The notes under the pieces were generated by a model. That model did no database searches. It was not told the origin of the DNA and worked only from the letters and a program-made list of their open reading frames with translations. Shown here one piece after another: positions 29,301 to 38,700 of a DNA stretch of 64,000 nucleotides (within the stretch, counting starts at the first letter, position 1; the number at the start of each line of letters is the position of its first letter). Origin of the DNA: Polyangia bacterium (GTDB taxonomy: Bacteria > Myxococcota_A > Polyangia > JAAYKL01); NCBI GenBank assembly GCA_050287845.1, contig JBNKCR010000098.1:128001-192000 (forward strand), in the 5' to 3' direction. The translations under genes and the position numbers were made by a program.

Positions 29301-31764
29301 CGTGAGAAAGAATGGGGTGCGGGCTGATTTCGACAAACACGGTCGCGCCATCCGCCAGCATTTTTTTGACTGTCGGATAGAAAAGCACGGTCTCTCGAAT
29401 GTTTTTCGCCCAATAATCACGATTGATTTGCGTACCCGGAATTTCTTTTCCGTACACCGTGGAATAGAGGGCGATGTGATTGGTTCTACCCTTCAGGGGA
29501 GGGGCCTGCCTTTTAAATTCCGTTGCCACATCATCGAGCAGGTAGCTGTGAAACGGAACATCCACCATCAGGAACCGGCGGAATATTTTCTTACGCCTGA
29601 GTTCGCCGGCCAGTTCATTGAGGGCAATACTGTCACCGGCCAGAGTGAGCATCGCCGCGCCATTGACCGCTGCAATGTCAATTTTTCCCCGGTATTTTTC
29701 AAGGTGGGCTGCTGCATCACTGATGGTCAATCCCGCTGCCATCATTTTTCCGCGACCGCTGGCATGGGTCTGACATTGACTACGCCAGAAAACCACCCTG
29801 GTGGCATCCTCTATCGAGAGCGCACCGCTCATGTATGCCGCAGCCACTTCGCCAATCGAATGCCCAACAACCATGTCCGGATGGATACCCAATCGCTGCC
29901 AGATTCGCGCAAGACCCACCTGCAGGGCGAAGAGCGCCGGCTGGACAATGTGGGTCCGGTTGATTCGCGTCTCCGATTCGGACCTCATCAGTTCGCTAAT
30001 CAATGAGCTGTTGTCGGTGGCCAACCACCCCTGGGACTTCAGATTCGCGTCAATTTCTTCAATGGTATCCCTGAAGGTCTGGTCGGTGTTTAAAAGCTCC
30101 CGCCCCATGGCAAACCATTGGGGGCCCTGACCGGAAAATACAAACGCAACCCGATCGGCTTTTCGGTTGGATGTGCGCCGGACAGTGATATGGGGGTGAG
30201 ATATACCCGCAGCCAGGTCTTTGAGTTTGAGCAGCGCGTCCCCATGGTCTGTCGCACAGACCGCGGCGCGGTATTCGAGATGGGATCGTTTAATCGCAGC
30301 GCACTTCGATACCGGCAATAGCTTGTCCCTGTTATTTGCCAATAGCGTCGCATATGCGGCGGCCATCTCCCTGAGTGCACCCGCGCTTCTGGCGGAAAGT
30401 ATCAGCGGACGTGGAAATTCATCATCCGTGCCACGCGACATCTGTTGTTCAGCCGTACGGACAGATCTAAGTACCAGATGGACGTTGGCGCCGCCAAAGC
30501 CGAACGAATTGATGCCGGCAAATATCTCCCCATGGGGCGCCGGAATTTTCAGTTGTCGGTCCGCGACCTGGATATGCAGTTGCTCAAAATCGATGGCGGG
30601 GTTGGGCGTTTCAAAATGGACTGTCGGGGGCGCTTCTCCGTGATAGAGAGACAGCGCAAGTTTAATCAGCCCGGCACTCCCGGATGCCAGTTCGGTATGA
30701 CCGATGTTGCTTTTCACCGAACCTATCAGACATATGTCATTGCGATCTTTTCCGATGACCGCGCCGATGCTGGCGCATTCGATGGGATCTCCGGCAGCCG
30801 TGCCAGTGCCATGGGCTTCCACAATCGTTATGGTTTGGGGGGAAATCCCTGCATCTTTGCAGGCGCTGGCGATGACCGCCTGCTGGGCGTTCGGATTTGG
30901 CAACGGCATGCCATTGGTTCGTCCGTCTTCGTTGGTCGCACTTCCGATAATGGCGGCATAAATCCGGTTGCCGTCCGCGATGGCCCGGTCCAGTGGTTTG
31001 AGATACAGCACACCAACCCCTTCACTTCGGACATATCCATTGGCTCTGGCGTCAAATGATTTGCAGCGGGCATCCGGTGACAGGAACCCGGCAGTGCTGA
31101 ATCCGATGTGCAGCTCCGGTTTGAGCATCAGATTTACCCCGGCAACCACTGCCGCATTGGCATCACCACTCCATATGCTTCGGCATGCCAGATGGGCGGC
31201 GAGCAGACTCGATGAACACGCCGTATCCACGGTAAAGCTGGGCCCCTGAAAATCGAATATATACGAAATGCGATTCGCGTTGATCGCTGGTGAACTGCCG
31301 GTATTGGTGTGGGCGTTTATATTGGCTCTTTCGGAATAATTCTGCAGGATGCCACCGTATTCCGACGAGGACGCCCCAACGAATACACCCACTGGTTGTC
31401 CTTCGAGCGCTTCAATGGTCTCCCCCGCATCCTCAAGGGCCATATATGTCTGCTCCAGAAGAAGGCGCTGCGAAGGGTCCATGGTTTGCGCTTCCACCGG
31501 CGGAATGCCGAAAAACGCGGCGTCAAATTCATCAATGTGTCGGATGAACCCTCCCTCCCGCACATGCATCTTTCCCCGTGTCCGATAGTCCGGATCGTAA
31601 AGCGCTTCCGCGTCCCACCGCTCCGGGGGCACCGGACCGATGGCGTCCGTTCGGTTTCTGAGCATCTCCCAGAAGTCTTCCGGGGTTTCCACATTTCCGG
31701 GAAAGCGACAACCGACGCCGCATATGGCAATGGGTATTCGTCGGTCATTGATACTGGCCGTCAT
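23347..31764 (-). CDS. Single-module highly reducing type I polyketide synthase (KS-AT-DH-cMT-ER-KR-ACP-TE)
   Basis: KS DTACSSS (~31215), HGTGT, KSNIGH; AT GHSIG (~29858), PFHS; DH HRVQG...YP (~28940), HPALLD; MT EIGGGTG (~27450), NVLHAT; ER GLNFRD, HAAAGGVG (~25810); KR GGTRGLG (~25210), LDD, GNYASAN; ACP GMDSL (~24305); TE GHSYG (~23880), GGHLF. ATG 31764 overlaps the GH3 stop. Confidence 0.97.
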   Translation of the reverse strand: MTASINDRRIPIAICGVGCRFPGNVETPEDFWEMLRNRTDAIGPVPPERWDAEALYDPDYRTRGKMHVREGGFIRHIDEFDAAFFGIPPVEAQTMDPSQRLLLEQTYMALEDAGETIEALEGQPVGVFVGASSSEYGGILQNYSERANINAHTNTGSSPAINANRISYIFDFQGPSFTVDTACSSSLLAAHLACRSIWSGDANAAVVAGVNLMLKPELHIGFSTAGFLSPDARCKSFDARANGYVRSEGVGVLYLKPLDRAIADGNRIYAAIIGSATNEDGRTNGMPLPNPNAQQAVIASACKDAGISPQTITIVEAHGTGTAAGDPIECASIGAVIGKDRNDICLIGSVKSNIGHTELASGSAGLIKLALSLYHGEAPPTVHFETPNPAIDFEQLHIQVADRQLKIPAPHGEIFAGINSFGFGGANVHLVLRSVRTAEQQMSRGTDDEFPRPLILSARSAGALREMAAAYATLLANNRDKLLPVSKCAAIKRSHLEYRAAVCATDHGDALLKLKDLAAGISHPHITVRRTSNRKADRVAFVFSGQGPQWFAMGRELLNTDQTFRDTIEEIDANLKSQGWLATDNSSLISELMRSESETRINRTHIVQPALFALQVGLARIWQRLGIHPDMVVGHSIGEVAAAYMSGALSIEDATRVVFWRSQCQTHASGRGKMMAAGLTISDAAAHLEKYRGKIDIAAVNGAAMLTLAGDSIALNELAGELRRKKIFRRFLMVDVPFHSYLLDDVATEFKRQAPPLKGRTNHIALYSTVYGKEIPGTQINRDYWAKNIRETVLFYPTVKKMLADGATVFVEISPHPILSHGIREAIDASGIDGIVVPSLRRKDHEKLTVCRSLGMLYASGVHIDWHTVFANVSEVKVPLPHYPWQRERFWRESASARRDRQGCREHHHIQNVSVAADNPNDVTVNIDLDARSAPYIMHHRVQGPLVYPGAGHVDLAIAAGRISFGDAFGFVEDIEFMKPLFVKENGIPYRVQIHIDTDDGAFSISSCDAESPRNDWSIHSRGKLNHIGDRFDSTPVTLAVLKSRIDEPVDLTSLFSTLHEGGLVLGDTFRGIETLHRRNGEALGKIRIHPSIKPLLHQFNIHPALLDASFQCAFGIVEERQNMGVYIPRKIGRVKYYGAPAGDVIYAYARARRNGAQHRGKAPRTLGNDTDLLLVDIWIFNENGSIVAEIQNFQGKYLKGSRGEVEGEQDSLFFVESLESVSLPMQLLQRNPETYLHDLGDVRTHTDSYVQTLKEEPLYLPMLETLGPAMDDVALAYIVKAFHTLRIPLIPGTTFQETVLADQMGIIENKRKLFSFILNELVQRGILRRIENEYTVNPGVNPIPDTGHIRKRMEGDLAGFKREIDFFIPVGESLAEVLTGRTDPSEILFAESRWDEIVDYYSSAYSMDKYNRTIARAIDSLLTTDNRNTIRIIEIGGGTGGITRGILPILKDRNVEYVFTDISPTFLERAKERFSDYGPMMSYALLNIELPPQNQKQPAHGYDIVIAANVLHATADIGETLTNVRSLLANNGVLCILEVTSVPLYVNLTFGMTDGWWRFNDDRRKNHCVLDRDQWIETIKASGFTEAFGCCDVPDSNWPGQTFFCARASADIPVPQLNTQAFRWLIFSDHSGHGDAFAARMRERGDKVVCFIAGDRTEQIDRNTYRYHPDTLASLGTLFDSDSELPSQILITRPLDISPMVGFESGARFEMEQVLVELTSISSLVVQKQLQRVVLSIITTGIHAATPNIAQSPVWGMGRVMANELSEITVKLIDMDASRPFDIPRLADELLHADHKDNEVVFRSGERFAVRMHPVSKSDRIHAASAMADIRGKTVQLHAVESGTISQCNFKPSDGRSLARDEVAIDVQYAGLNFRDVMIASGMLPEEAITGGIFGHGLGLECSGIVAQTGSHVTHVKKDDRVMAIAPCAIAGRAIASAALVRHIPDGINLQQAASTPMAALTAYTALFHLAGIRPGSRVLIHAAAGGVGLFAVHFALNAGATVFATAAPEKHGILRNLGLRHIYSSRDTSYFSDIMNDTDEAGVNIILNSLSGPHITQSLKLLSPMGRFIEIGKKDLYDDKRIGIRHLANNISYHVLDVDRLLALSEDTMSALLSDALDMLQTAGWPSLPVTEFPFHKVTEALRWMASGSHHGKIVLKSGPVHVHPADTLTLRDDATYLIAGGTRGLGLATAIFLANHGARQIALVSRSGLHGSQEFDTVRKLQDRGVHVTAHMVDICDFNAVQQLVHKVHRIGWPLAGIIQSTMILDDALLHNMTPAQMFGPLQPKIAGTWNLHNVTREIPLDFFISFSSVSSLYGFPGQGNYASANRFLDDFARWRHSQGMPATTVNLGPLTETGFVSRHEGLQDYLNHSGWVPISISDIFFALEKIMIEKHATMGVYRLDWQKLSNAFPILASSQKMGAIRDKLAAQQNNADTGDIRQQLMFADSRQRNAIIRKMLAEAMEQILGIDRDRIDFETPIDRMGMDSLMSNQLRSALAQQTGLTLSLMQLMQGPKLSELTEDIEKSLLPEVTAESENIRKENIWAKPVNRCSQPKFRVFTLPYLGAGASIFSGWRPPSDIEICPIQLPGREDRANEKPITDGERLLDEMAKGILPLLDIPFAIYGHSYGGNIALSLAMLLEGKLSKQASHVFIGASVPPGVENPLEKEFRITDSQGTLTQSAEQIKSLLRRIGTPSELIDNAEQFAAMLPSLRADLEITRQRLVPKHFVLKSPITAVAATNDHIYSQNLLTEWKHFTDSFSLKLIPGGHLFLHEDAGREQLLRLICETLIPNTPDTSGETRKTA

Positions 31765-33482
31765 TGGAATTCTCCGTCGGAAAGAGAAGTTGTTTCGCTG
31801 CATATGCTGAACAGTAAATTCATTTGGTTGTCATCCTGCTGCAGGTGAGTCAGCTTGAATTGCGCTTCCCGGTTTCCCTGCTTCAGTTTCCGGGTTTTGT
31901 ATCTGTCGAACGCTTCCTGGGGTAATGGGTGCAACAACATGCATCCCAACCGGTTGGACTTTCTTTTCGCATGGTATTCCGGATTGATTCGCTGCAACGC
32001 GTCATCTATTTCCTTTGCCAGTGTTTCTGTCTGAGAGGCCAACGCGTGGTTGCCCGTTTGAAATTCCAGGAAACATCGATACACTGAATGTTGCAGGTCT
32101 GCAAATGCCATATGAAACCCCGCGGAGATTCCTGTCTTTCTGAGCGCATCCTCCACCGCCTGAAGATACTGAGACTCGTACACCTTCTCGCCCGTCAGAC
32201 TGGTGACGCCACTGCCTTTCTGGACAAAACGCACCATGGGGAAAGTGCCGAAGAAATCCTCGACTTTCAGAATGTCATTCATGTTATAACGATACAGACC
32301 ACTTGGAGTGGTGATAAATACAGCATATTCCCGACCAGTCTCCAGTTCGTGGGCACCCAGAAAAGTGGGATGTTCGCTATCGATTTCATTTCGTTCAACA
32401 AACTCGAAGTACAAAAGGTGCGCCGCAAGGATACTGATGTCATCCGCGTTATGCAGGACAATACCGGCGCGGGCTTCGGTAGCCAGATAACCGAATTCCC
32501 GAATCACGGTGTGCGGGGGGTAATAGCCTTCGGTCTGTCGAAGATATACGGCAGCGTTCCCACTTTTCCATGTGTTAATCAGCTGCAGGGTTGGCCAGTA
32601 ATGGGAAGGACGCAGTGATTCGCCATGCTGCGCCACCAGTTTCTCCAGTTCTCTGGCCCGCTGCCGATTGGGTTTCAGTCGCCCGGTGATTTTCTGCCGG
32701 AGATCGCGGTTGATGTTCAGCCCCGGTTTCAATCCGCCATCGTGAATATCCCTTATCATGTCGTTCAGGTTGGCCATCACCGCCCGGTGCATCTCCAGTA
32801 AATTGCTTGGATTGGCCGCGACAATCCAGCGGATGGGATATGCGAGACCTGTTCTCAGCAATGCGTAGTATCTCGCGGGATAATCATCAATATCATGCAC
32901 TTCGAACGGAATCACCCGAAAGCGGCGGACAAAATCAGAGGCATATGCGTTCATGTGACCTGAAAACGAACCATACGATGTGCCATCTGCGGTGTGGCCC
33001 TCAATCGCTTTGCCCACCATACTGATGTCGTAGCCATCCATGAAGCCCGGATTCTCAACAAACATACTGTGCAGCCACAGATGGCTCAATCCATTGTAGC
33101 ATTCATCGTGATATTTCTGACTGATGGGAATACGTTTGGGCGCATCGGTGGTGCCGCTGGTAGTGGCGTAAAACATTGGCTTTCCGGGAAACAGTACGTC
33201 CGGTTCTCCCTGTTCGTGACGGGACACCCAGGGACGCAGTGATTCGTAGGTGTTGACCGGTACCCGGGTTGCAAACTCGGATGAAGATTGAATTGTGGAG
33301 AATCCGTGCGCTTTCCCGTAGGCAGTGGGTTCGGCGTATCGCATGATGCCGGATAACACGTTCTGTTGGGCTTTTCGGACATTCTGACTTCGGGTGATCA
33401 GGGCTTTCAGCATGGGGGCGCCAAGTTTTCCAAAATGCCATTTCATGAATTTTGCTGCTGTGCGGCGTGCCAATGATGTCAT
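31761..33482 (-). CDS. GH3-family acyl-adenylate/amido synthetase-like protein
   Basis: QQNVLSGI....TAYGK.HGF...F..RVPV.TYE.L.P, TTSGTT...K.IP (P-loop), GYLATE, GLYRYNMNDI, GEK. These match the GH3 motifs SSGT, Y.SSE and YRY..GD. Confidence 0.9.
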   Translation of the reverse strand: MTSLARRTAAKFMKWHFGKLGAPMLKALITRSQNVRKAQQNVLSGIMRYAEPTAYGKAHGFSTIQSSSEFATRVPVNTYESLRPWVSRHEQGEPDVLFPGKPMFYATTSGTTDAPKRIPISQKYHDECYNGLSHLWLHSMFVENPGFMDGYDISMVGKAIEGHTADGTSYGSFSGHMNAYASDFVRRFRVIPFEVHDIDDYPARYYALLRTGLAYPIRWIVAANPSNLLEMHRAVMANLNDMIRDIHDGGLKPGLNINRDLRQKITGRLKPNRQRARELEKLVAQHGESLRPSHYWPTLQLINTWKSGNAAVYLRQTEGYYPPHTVIREFGYLATEARAGIVLHNADDISILAAHLLYFEFVERNEIDSEHPTFLGAHELETGREYAVFITTPSGLYRYNMNDILKVEDFFGTFPMVRFVQKGSGVTSLTGEKVYESQYLQAVEDALRKTGISAGFHMAFADLQHSVYRCFLEFQTGNHALASQTETLAKEIDDALQRINPEYHAKRKSNRLGCMLLHPLPQEAFDRYKTRKLKQGNREAQFKLTHLQQDDNQMNLLFSICSETTSLSDGEFQ

Positions 33483-33823
33483 ACAAGTGTACTGTCCTGT
33501 TGATTAAATCGATTCAAAAATGTGACCATTCTTGGTGGTGTAGGCAAATAAAATTACTCATTTTCTATTCATTACGCCATTGTTTCCAATCTGGCCCCGG
33601 ACCAGATACATAGGTTTCGCCATTTGTTCAAAGTGAATAGGAAAAATATATATTAGTCCGGCGATGACGTCGAACACAATTGATTCAAAGCAACCCGGAT
33701 AGAACGGGGCGTGATTCTTATGGATTCCGCTGGACCTGGTCTGGGAGAAATGTGATAACGCCGCCAGATTAGCGGCGCGTTGATGAATGTTGTACATGTA
33801 ATTGAAAGTGGATACTCAATAGC

Positions 33824-35746
33824 GTGATGTGGTTTCGATGTAGACATAGATTGCTGCAACCGTGGAAATTGCTTTCGGTTTTTCTGTTGATTCTGGGGGG
33901 GGCGTCGGGGTGTCGTCATCGTATGGATCCGGATGTACAGTTCCGGGAGGGAAAACAGATTGGCAGTATTCAGTTTTTTGGAAACGAAGCACTGTCATCG
34001 GAGCAGTTACGGGCATATCTGCCAATTCAGAGAAAAGATTACTTTCTTACCGAAACCGAGTCAGCGGTTTTTGATATTCTGCTCCAGGCGTACGCCGCCC
34101 ATGGATATTACCATGCGGTTCTTGACAAAGTGGATGTGGTTGAACGACGAAACCGACTGCATATCCGGGTGCATCTTCGCGAAGGGCTGCCCACGGTGGT
34201 GCGCTCCATCCGTTTTGAATATACAGACGCTCCCAATAACCGACAACGCTTTGAAGCGGATTTGCCGTTGAAGGAGGGGGAAGCGGCGGATATTGAAAAA
34301 CTGAATCAATCCGTAGCGCTGATAAAGGAACGATTGGCCGATGACGGTCGCGCCCTGGGAGAAGTGAACGAATCGATGGTGGTCGTTCGTGACGAATATG
34401 CTGCGGATGTGGTGTTCAAAATGAATGTGGGCCCGATTTGCCGGGTGGATCATATCGGCGTGATTGGCCTCATCCATGCGCCGGAAGATTTGGTGTATGA
34501 TGAACTGGAAGAATTCGAAGGCCAGGTCTTTACTCCGGGAGTGGCCAGCGCCATTGAAGAAAATCTCGCAGAACTGAATGCGTTTCGCATGATCACGGTT
34601 TCGCCGGTGGCCAACGATCGGGAAAAGGGATTGGTGGACCTGGAAATTGCGGTGGTGGAGGCCGATTTCCGCTCTCTGAAGTTGGGCGTGGGGGTTCAGT
34701 TTGAAACCAACAAATTCCTCGGCTGGACCTCGGCGGTCTATCAGAACAATAATTATTTTCACCGCCTTAATCAGTTTCAGTTGAAGTCCCGACTGGGCTG
34801 GGCATTGGTGCCTGCTCTCTGGAAAGTGGAAGATCAGGGTCCGGTGGTGCTCCTGGAACCCAGCGTTACCCGCACGGGTTTTGTGGAGCGTCACCTGAAG
34901 TGGAACTGGGCACTGGGGTTGCAGACCGACGTGGAAGAGAACTACAAACTGTTTTCGCCATCGTCACGGCTTTCGGTTTCCCGAAATTTCGTTCGTCATC
35001 TGAATATCCGGTTGTCATATAATTTTGAGTACATCGTGCTATATGGCGTGGATGACTTTGTGATGGAGACACTGCAGCGGGACTACGAGGATATGCGCAG
35101 TCCCATTCGGCTCGCGGATTTGAATGCGAGCGCCCGTCTGTGGTTTACCGACACCCGGGATGATCCGAATAACGGCGTGGTTCTCCGATTCAATTACTGG
35201 CATTCCGGCTGGTATCTGGCCAGTGAGGTATCCTATAACAAGTACAGTCCATCGGTATCCGCGTACTGGAGAATTTTTCCATTTCTTCAAATCGCGTTGC
35301 ACAGTGAGTTGGGATTCATTTTTCCCTTTGGCAACGCGGATTATTCGGGAATTCGCGCGAATTTCTTTCTCGGTGGACACAATACGGTGCGCGGTTGGGG
35401 GGGAAAGCGTCTGGCGCCCTGGGTTCGAATCTGCGCGTCTGGCGCCCCCCAGAATTGCGAAAAGATTTGGATTGGCGGAAAGACCATGGTGCAGGGCAAT
35501 GCGGAATTGCGATTTCGCATGAACGACGTGGTGAGTGCGGTGGTTTTTCTGGATGTGGGAGATGTTCAATACGACATTCGCACCATTGTGCCCAATGACT
35601 GGAATTATTCCGTGGGGTCCGGTGTGCGAGTCAGTACCCCCATCGGTAAAATCCGTTTCGATGTGGGGTTCAGACTGAACGAACCCCCGCAGTATCGTGA
35701 AGAACGGCGATTCGGGGTTCATCTGGGTCTGGGGGAGGCATTTTGA
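33824..35746 (+). CDS. tamA: Omp85-family outer membrane protein (TamA-like, about 3 POTRA domains), possibly lipidated
   Basis: FFLGG.NTVRGW, AELRF, F.DVG, G.G.R..TPIG.IRFD, terminal GEAF; N-terminal ASGC lipobox-like motif; overlaps tamB. Confidence 0.88.
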   Translation: MMWFRCRHRLLQPWKLLSVFLLILGGASGCRHRMDPDVQFREGKQIGSIQFFGNEALSSEQLRAYLPIQRKDYFLTETESAVFDILLQAYAAHGYYHAVLDKVDVVERRNRLHIRVHLREGLPTVVRSIRFEYTDAPNNRQRFEADLPLKEGEAADIEKLNQSVALIKERLADDGRALGEVNESMVVVRDEYAADVVFKMNVGPICRVDHIGVIGLIHAPEDLVYDELEEFEGQVFTPGVASAIEENLAELNAFRMITVSPVANDREKGLVDLEIAVVEADFRSLKLGVGVQFETNKFLGWTSAVYQNNNYFHRLNQFQLKSRLGWALVPALWKVEDQGPVVLLEPSVTRTGFVERHLKWNWALGLQTDVEENYKLFSPSSRLSVSRNFVRHLNIRLSYNFEYIVLYGVDDFVMETLQRDYEDMRSPIRLADLNASARLWFTDTRDDPNNGVVLRFNYWHSGWYLASEVSYNKYSPSVSAYWRIFPFLQIALHSELGFIFPFGNADYSGIRANFFLGGHNTVRGWGGKRLAPWVRICASGAPQNCEKIWIGGKTMVQGNAELRFRMNDVVSAVVFLDVGDVQYDIRTIVPNDWNYSVGSGVRVSTPIGKIRFDVGFRLNEPPQYREERRFGVHLGLGEAF

Positions 35747-38700
35747 ACAGGCGAGTGAAAATACGATGGATGGTCGGTGGCGGGGTTATCCTCACACCGG
35801 TGATTCTGCTGCTTGTCGTATCCTCCTGGCTGCTGTTCACCAACTCCGGCGCGCGTTGGGGAATCCATTCGGCTCTGGATTGGTATAATACCCGCATTCC
35901 GGGGCACATTCAGATAAGAAACATCTCGGGAGCGATTGCATCTGAATTGGCCTTAACGGGGATTGATGCGTCCAATCGGGACGGTCGGCGGATTCTGCAT
36001 ATTGAAAGACTCGATGTGTCCGTTCGCCCGGAACGGATTTTCCACAACGAAATTCAGGTGAAACGGCTTGGCCTGCAAAACGGCTTTCTGGTGTTGGAGC
36101 GCGATGATGCGGCGTTCACCGTTTCGGATCTGGCTCCTCCGGGTACTTCCGAATCCCAAAAAAAAGAAGGCCCGCTGATTCCGGCGTTGCCCATTGGCCT
36201 GGTGGTGTCTCAGATTGCCCTGGACAATATCAGGCTGGTGCAGCAGACGGAGACAGCCACCGGAACACCGGTACGCATTGGCGCACTTAGAGGCGATTTG
36301 AGTTGGCAGGAGCATCTGGCGCTGAATCTGTCAAAGTTAGAAGGAGAGCTGAAGTCCGGACAGCAGTCCTTTGCGTTTGCCATCGACGATGGGGCCGGAC
36401 TCACGCTGAAGTCCGAGTCTCTTCAAACCGCACTGAATCTGCGTTCTTCAGTTGGAGAAGTGCGGGCTGTGGTGCATTCCAAACTTTCCCAGTCGCTGGT
36501 GTCGCAGGTGAATATAGAAATGCACCTGCCATCCGTGGCCGCCCTGACAGGCAATGGAACGTTTCCTGCGGGAGTTGACGGCGAGTTGGATGTCGGGGGT
36601 AAAGTGACTTTCCGGCTGGACGATTCGGGCCGTCCCATTGTGGATGCAGACTTGGCGTGCAACGACTGCGCCCTGAAAAATCTGGGGGAAATGTCGATGA
36701 AACTCCATGCCTCCCTGGCAGGAGAGGATATTGCAGCCAGTGCCGATGTGGGGATTCCGGACGTTGCGCTCAATGCCAGCTTCACTGGCAACACAGGCGG
36801 CGAAGGAACTCTGAACGCCGCGGTTGAGGGCCGACTGTCTTCAGACCGGGCACAGCAGTTTGGTCTGGATGGGTCGGCTTCCCACCTGCGGGCCAATGGC
36901 GCCTGTCACCTGGGGGCGGATGTGGCCTGTCAGGGGAAGTTGGCGGTGGAACAGCTGCGATACGAAACCATTGCGGCGGAAAAACTGCTGGCGGATGTCA
37001 ACGTGAATGTGACTGGGGGGAAGCCGGTGGTGGATGGTCACATCCAAATCGATGGGCTGAATGCCAGCGGTACACCGGTGAATCGTATTGATATTTCAGG
37101 CGATCTGGCAGACCAATTGCTGACGATACAGGTGAATGCCGCAAATCCCAATGGTGATGCCGCCACATTGAATTCAACGATAGACATGAGCGATGGGTTG
37201 AAAATCCGGGTGGCCGCGCTGAAAAGTACTTTGCGCGGCATCACCGTTGAAAGCCAGTCTCCGTTCGGCATCAATGTGAAAAATGACACGGTAGAGGCCA
37301 TATCGCCCATATCGTTGGACGTGAACGGGGCGCCCATTGTGATTTCCGCGTTCAACAGGAACAGCCATTCCCTTCACGGTGACCTGACATTTGAACGGGT
37401 TTCGCTGGGCAACCTTTCTCTGCTTCTGGGCGTGCCGGTGCAGGGACGGGCCACCGGTCGGGTGAAAGTGTCCGGGGAGCCTGAAGATCCGGAAGTATCG
37501 GTTCAGATGACCCTGGACAACGTTGCATACCGCAAGCTGACGCTGGCGAAGATTGCTGCCAATGCGCAATTGAAAAAGAAAAAGCTCTCGATGAGCCTTC
37601 AGGCCAGTGAGCCGGATGGGGTTCAGCTTCAACTCTCCGGCGCCATCCCGTTTGGGGTAAATTTCAACCGGATGACGTTTGAAATGAACCGGCACAAACA
37701 CGGCAGAATCGATTGGTCCGTGAAAGACTTGTCCAGTGAAATGCTTACAGGGATGGCAGAACTCCCCCGCAATCTGATGTTTTCGGTGGATGGCGCAGGA
37801 GTGCTGGCATTCAGCGCCGGCGCCCTCAGTGCATCCGGAGAAATTGATTTTCAGGTCACCCATCCGCTCACCGGTCGCGTTGACGGGCATTCAACGATTG
37901 CATTGAATCGGGATTCCCAGGAGGTGACCGTGGCCGTCGATTCATTTCATGGGCAACCGTTTGCGCTGGACCTCAACTCGAACTTCAACCTCAACCGGTT
38001 GTTGAAATCGAAAGTTCCCGCCGGGGAAATAACGCTGCACACACGCATTGGCAGTGGCGTGGTTACGGCGAGCGGACAACTGAACGGTACCGATGAGGCA
38101 CAGTTTCATCTGACGATGGATACGCTGTCCATTAATGTTGCGAGCGAGCTTGTGGGCGGGCCGCCGGTGGATGGCACTGTGACAGGGGACACTTTCTGGA
38201 CGATTAATTTTCGTACGCTCGAATTTGGTCCCGTGAAAGACACCCCATGGCGATTGTCCTGGCAGCTGAAAAAACTGTCGCCATCGCTGCTGACCCATTT
38301 CGGTATATCCGTCAGTCCGTTGATGTTCGAAATTGATTTTAACGGTTCGGTGGAATACGACGGTCAGACCTTGAAAAGCCTCGGGAAACTCGATGGCTGG
38401 GCGGGCCATGGACTGTTGCTGCGATTGCCGGTAAAACTGGATTTCGATGTTGCCTCCACCAGTCAGCGTCTTAGTGCCGCGTGGACGATGCCCACCGGAG
38501 AATCCGCGGGACTCGATATTGAAGGCTCCCTTGATATTCAGAAGTTAATCCGTTCCCGGAAATTCGATTTGCCTTATTTTACTTCGCAGATTCGGGTAGG
38601 GGATGCACAGATTTCCATGGATGGAGAGCTGACCGGCCAGTTGGGCGGTGTTCAACAATTGCTCCGCAATGGAAAGTTTCATCTTGCCGCTGAGCACGTA

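Noticed and set aside
22802..33823. PKS cluster as a mobile element
   Set aside because: No integrase, transposase, tRNA target or flanking direct repeats were seen; only the synteny break is reported.
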